DNA of 64,000 nucleotides from positions 111,021 through 175,020 of the forward strand of contig NIVC01000477.1 of the NCBI GenBank assembly GCA_002269645.1, given 5' to 3'. Position 1 is the first letter of the stretch. Every line of letters begins with the position of its first letter. This DNA comes from Macrostomum lignano. Its lineage: Eukaryota. Shown here piece after piece: positions 61,103 to 64,000 of this stretch. Below the pieces are notes generated by a model, which did not search any database, was not told the DNA's origin, and was given only the letters and a program-made list of their open reading frames with translations. Both the position numbers and the translations under genes were made by a program.

Positions 61103-64000
61103 TTAAATGACGCTTGTTTTCATCGCATCGCTACCAACTGGTTCCATCGACACAGAGACAGAGGTTGGTGTGTCCAATTGAATATTAGAAATTCCGTTAC
61201 GCGTCACGTGACTTGCGTCGTCTAAGAATCCGCCATTGACGGCCGACTGCGCAGCACCTGCAGCCTGTGCGGAGGCAAAGAATTTGAAGTAGATAACGGC
61301 AGCAGCAACTGCTGCAGCTACGACAGAGACCGAGCTGATCCAGATGATGTGCACGTACAGCATTGGTAAACCGCCCTCTGGCTGAGTCAGATCAGAGCTG
61401 GTGACAATTGTGGTGCTGTCTAAACCTGAAGTTGAAGCCCGGCTCGCTGTTGTTGAATGCCGCATCGTAATTGAAGTATCTTGACTGTCCGAAGTCGTCA
61501 GTGTTGACTGTACAAGGGTGGTTTCCATTCTCGAGGTAATGGGTGATGCTACGGTGGTTTCGGAAGCTGTTTGACTCGATGTAGGTTCCGTTGTTTGAGC
61601 AGTGCTAATTTTTTCTGCAGTTGACGGGCTTGTTGACGTCCTGAGTGTAAAATCTGTCGGTGATGATGTTGTCTGGCTCTGTGTTGCCTCTGGTGTTGTC
61701 TGGCTCTGCGTTGCCTCTGGTGTTGTCTGGCTCTGCGTTGCTTCTGGTGTTGTCTGGCTCTGCGTTGCTTCTGATGTTGTCTGGCTCTGCGTTGCCTCTG
61801 GTGTTGTCTGGCTCTGCGTTGCTTCTGATGTTTTCTGGCTCTGCGTTGCTTCTGGTGTTGTCTGGCTCTGCGTTGCTTCTGATGTTGTCTGGCTCTGCGT
61901 TGCTTCTGGTGTTGTCTGGCTCTGTGTTGCCTCTGGTGTTGTCTGGCTCTGCGTTGCTTCTGGTGTTGTCTGGCTCTGTGTTGCCTCTGATGTTGTCTGG
62001 CTCTGCGTTGCTTCTGGTGTTGTCTGGCTCTGCGTTGCTTCTGGTGTTGTCTGGCTCTGCGTTGCTTCTGGTGTTGTCTGGCTCTGCGTTGCTTCTGGTG
62101 TTGTCTGGCTCTGCGTTGCTTCTGGTGTTGTCTGGCTCTGTGTTGCCTCAATTGTAGATTCAGTCGGTGTTGTGTCTGGTGTCGACTGGCTCTGCGTTGA
62201 TTCGATTGTAGACTCATTCGGTGTTGTGTCTGGTGTCGACTGGCTCTGTGTTGTCTCAATTGTAGATTCAGTCGGTGTTGTGTCTGGTGTCGACTGGCTC
62301 TGTGTTGCCTCAATTGTAGATTCAGTCTGTGTTGTGTCTGGTGTCGACTGGCTCTGTGTTGTCTCCATTGTAGATTCAGTCAGTATTGTGTCTGGTGTTG
62401 AATGACTCTGTGTTGCCTCAATTGTAGATTCAGTCGGTGTTGTGTCTGGTGTCGACTGGCTCTGCGTTGATTCGATTGTAGACTCATTCGGTGTTGTGTC
62501 TGGTGTCGACTGGCTCTGTGTTGTCTCAATTGTAGATTCAGTCGGTGTTGTGTCTGGTGTCGACTGGCTCTGTGTTGCCTCAATTGTAGACTCATTCGGT
62601 GTTGTGTCTGGTGTCGACTGGCTCTGTGTTGTCTCAATTGTAGATTCAGTCGGTGTTGCGTCTGGTGTCGACTGGCTCTGTGTTGCCTCTTGTGTCGACT
62701 GGCTCTGTGTTGTCTCAATTGTAGATTCAGTCGGTGTTGTGTCTGGTGTCGACTGGCTCTGTGTTGTCTCAATTGTAGATTCAGTCTGTGTTGTGTCTGG
62801 TGTCGACTGGCTCTGTGTTGTCTCAATTGTAGATTCAGTTGGTGTTGTGTCTGGTGTCGACTGGCTCTGTGTTGCCTCAATTGTAGATTCAGTCTGTGTT
62901 GTGTCTGGTGTCGACTGGCTCTGTGTTGCCTCAATTGTAGATTCAGTCTGTGTTGTGTCTGGTGTCGACTGGCTCTGTGTTGCCTCAATCGTAGATTCAG
63001 TCGGTGTTGTGTCTGGTGTCGACTGGCTCTGCGTTGATTCGATTGTAGACTCATTCGGTGTTGTGTCTGGTGTCACTGGCTCTGTGTTGCCTCAATTGTA
63101 GATTCAGTCTGTGTTGTGTCTGGTGTCGACTGGCTCTGCGTTGATTCGATTGTAGATCATTCGGTGTTGTGTCTGGTGTCGACTGGCTCTGTGTTGCCTC
63201 AATTGTAGATTCAGTCTGTGTTGTGTCTGGTGTCGACTGGCTCTGTGTTGCCTCAATTGTAGATTCAGTCTGTGTTGTGTCTGGTGTCGACTGGCTCTGT
63301 GTTGCCTCAATTGTAGATTCAGTCGGTGTTGTGTCTGGTGTCGACTGGCTCTGTGTTGCCTCAATCGTAGATTCAGTCGGTGTTGTGTCTGGTGTCGACT
63401 GGCTCTGCGTTGATTCGATTGTAGACTCATTCGGTGTTGTGTCTGGTGTCCACTGGCTCTGTGTTGCCTCAATTGTAGATTCAGTCTGTGTTGTGTCTGG
63501 TGTCGACTGGCTCTGCGTTGATTCGATTGTAGACTCATTCGGTGTTGTGTCTGGTGTCGACTGGCTCTGTGTTGCCTCAATTGTAGATTCAGTCTGCGTT
63601 GTGTCTGGTGTCGACTGGCTCTGTGTTGCCTCAATTGTAGATTCAGTCTGTGTTGTGTCTGGTGTCGACTGGCCCTGCGTTGATTCGATTGTAGACTCAT
63701 TCGGTGTTGTGTCTGGTGTCGATTGGCTCTGTGTTGCCTCAATCGTAGATTCAGTCGGTGTTGTGTCTGGTGTCACTGGCTCTGTGTTGCCTCAATTGTA
63801 GATTCAGTCTGTGTTGTGTCTGGTGTCGACTTGCTATATGTCGTATAATCAGCTAGTATTGTGGCAGACGTTGTAACACTTGAGCTAGAAGTAGGCCAGT
63901 TTGTGTTGTAGACTCGATGTCACTAATGTTGTCGATTCTGTTGTTAGGATATTCGTTGTTGTTGGCGTATGCGTTGGCGCTGTTGTGCTAACAAACACAG
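61103..64000 (-). CDS. Lectin/mucin gene C (3' part): Ser/Thr-rich mucin stalk + TM + cytoplasmic tail; 5' end outside the window; frameshifted as assembled
   Basis: Repeats of 18 aa (54 bp, STPDTTxTESTIEATQSQ) and 9 aa (27 bp, TTPEATQSQ). TM segment IIWISSVSVVAAAVAAAVIYF; C-terminus TSVI. The window end reads PVFVSTTAPT, the post-CTLD linker of genes A and B. 1-nt losses near 63774, 63156 and 63074. Confidence 0.8.

Noticed and set aside
63074-63774. Three 1-nt losses acting as compensatory frameshifts
   Set aside because: The first loss creates an immediate in-frame TGA, so the frame is not rescued.

Overview
Eukaryotic (metazoan) genomic DNA with spliceosomal GT-AG introns. Short 40-95 nt introns alternate with long introns filled by tandem repeats. 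This style resembles a free-living flatworm such as Macrostomum, which is an inference only. Genes reconstructed by hand from splice phases and motifs: (1) a + strand F-BAR plus STAC-type tandem-SH3 gene (184-24486), with a mariner transposon inside an intronic (TCTA)n tract; (2) CCDC149 on the - strand; (3) a small secreted 10-Cys protein; (4) a compact FBXW7/SEL-10-like F-box/WD40 gene; (5) an orphan two-pass membrane protein; (6) a - strand cluster at 49.9-64 kb of related lectin/mucin surface proteins. That cluster holds a signal peptide-3xCTLD-TM gene, an FN3x3-CTLD chimera carrying lesions, and the 3' part of a mucin-stalk TM gene. Best candidates for something new: (a) atypical C-type lectin domains, each split by a phase-2 intron into a near-invariant half and a variable loop half on symmetric exons, a layout that could allow combinatorial diversification; (b) exons flanked by reverse-complementary intronic repeat arrays, most clearly two homologous 44-bp minisatellites inverted around exon 6425-6576; (c) a different minisatellite anchored near the donor of almost every long intron. 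No tRNA, rRNA or CRISPR array was found. Most long ORFs in the track are repeat artefacts. Single-base frameshifts may be assembly errors, and no database search was possible.
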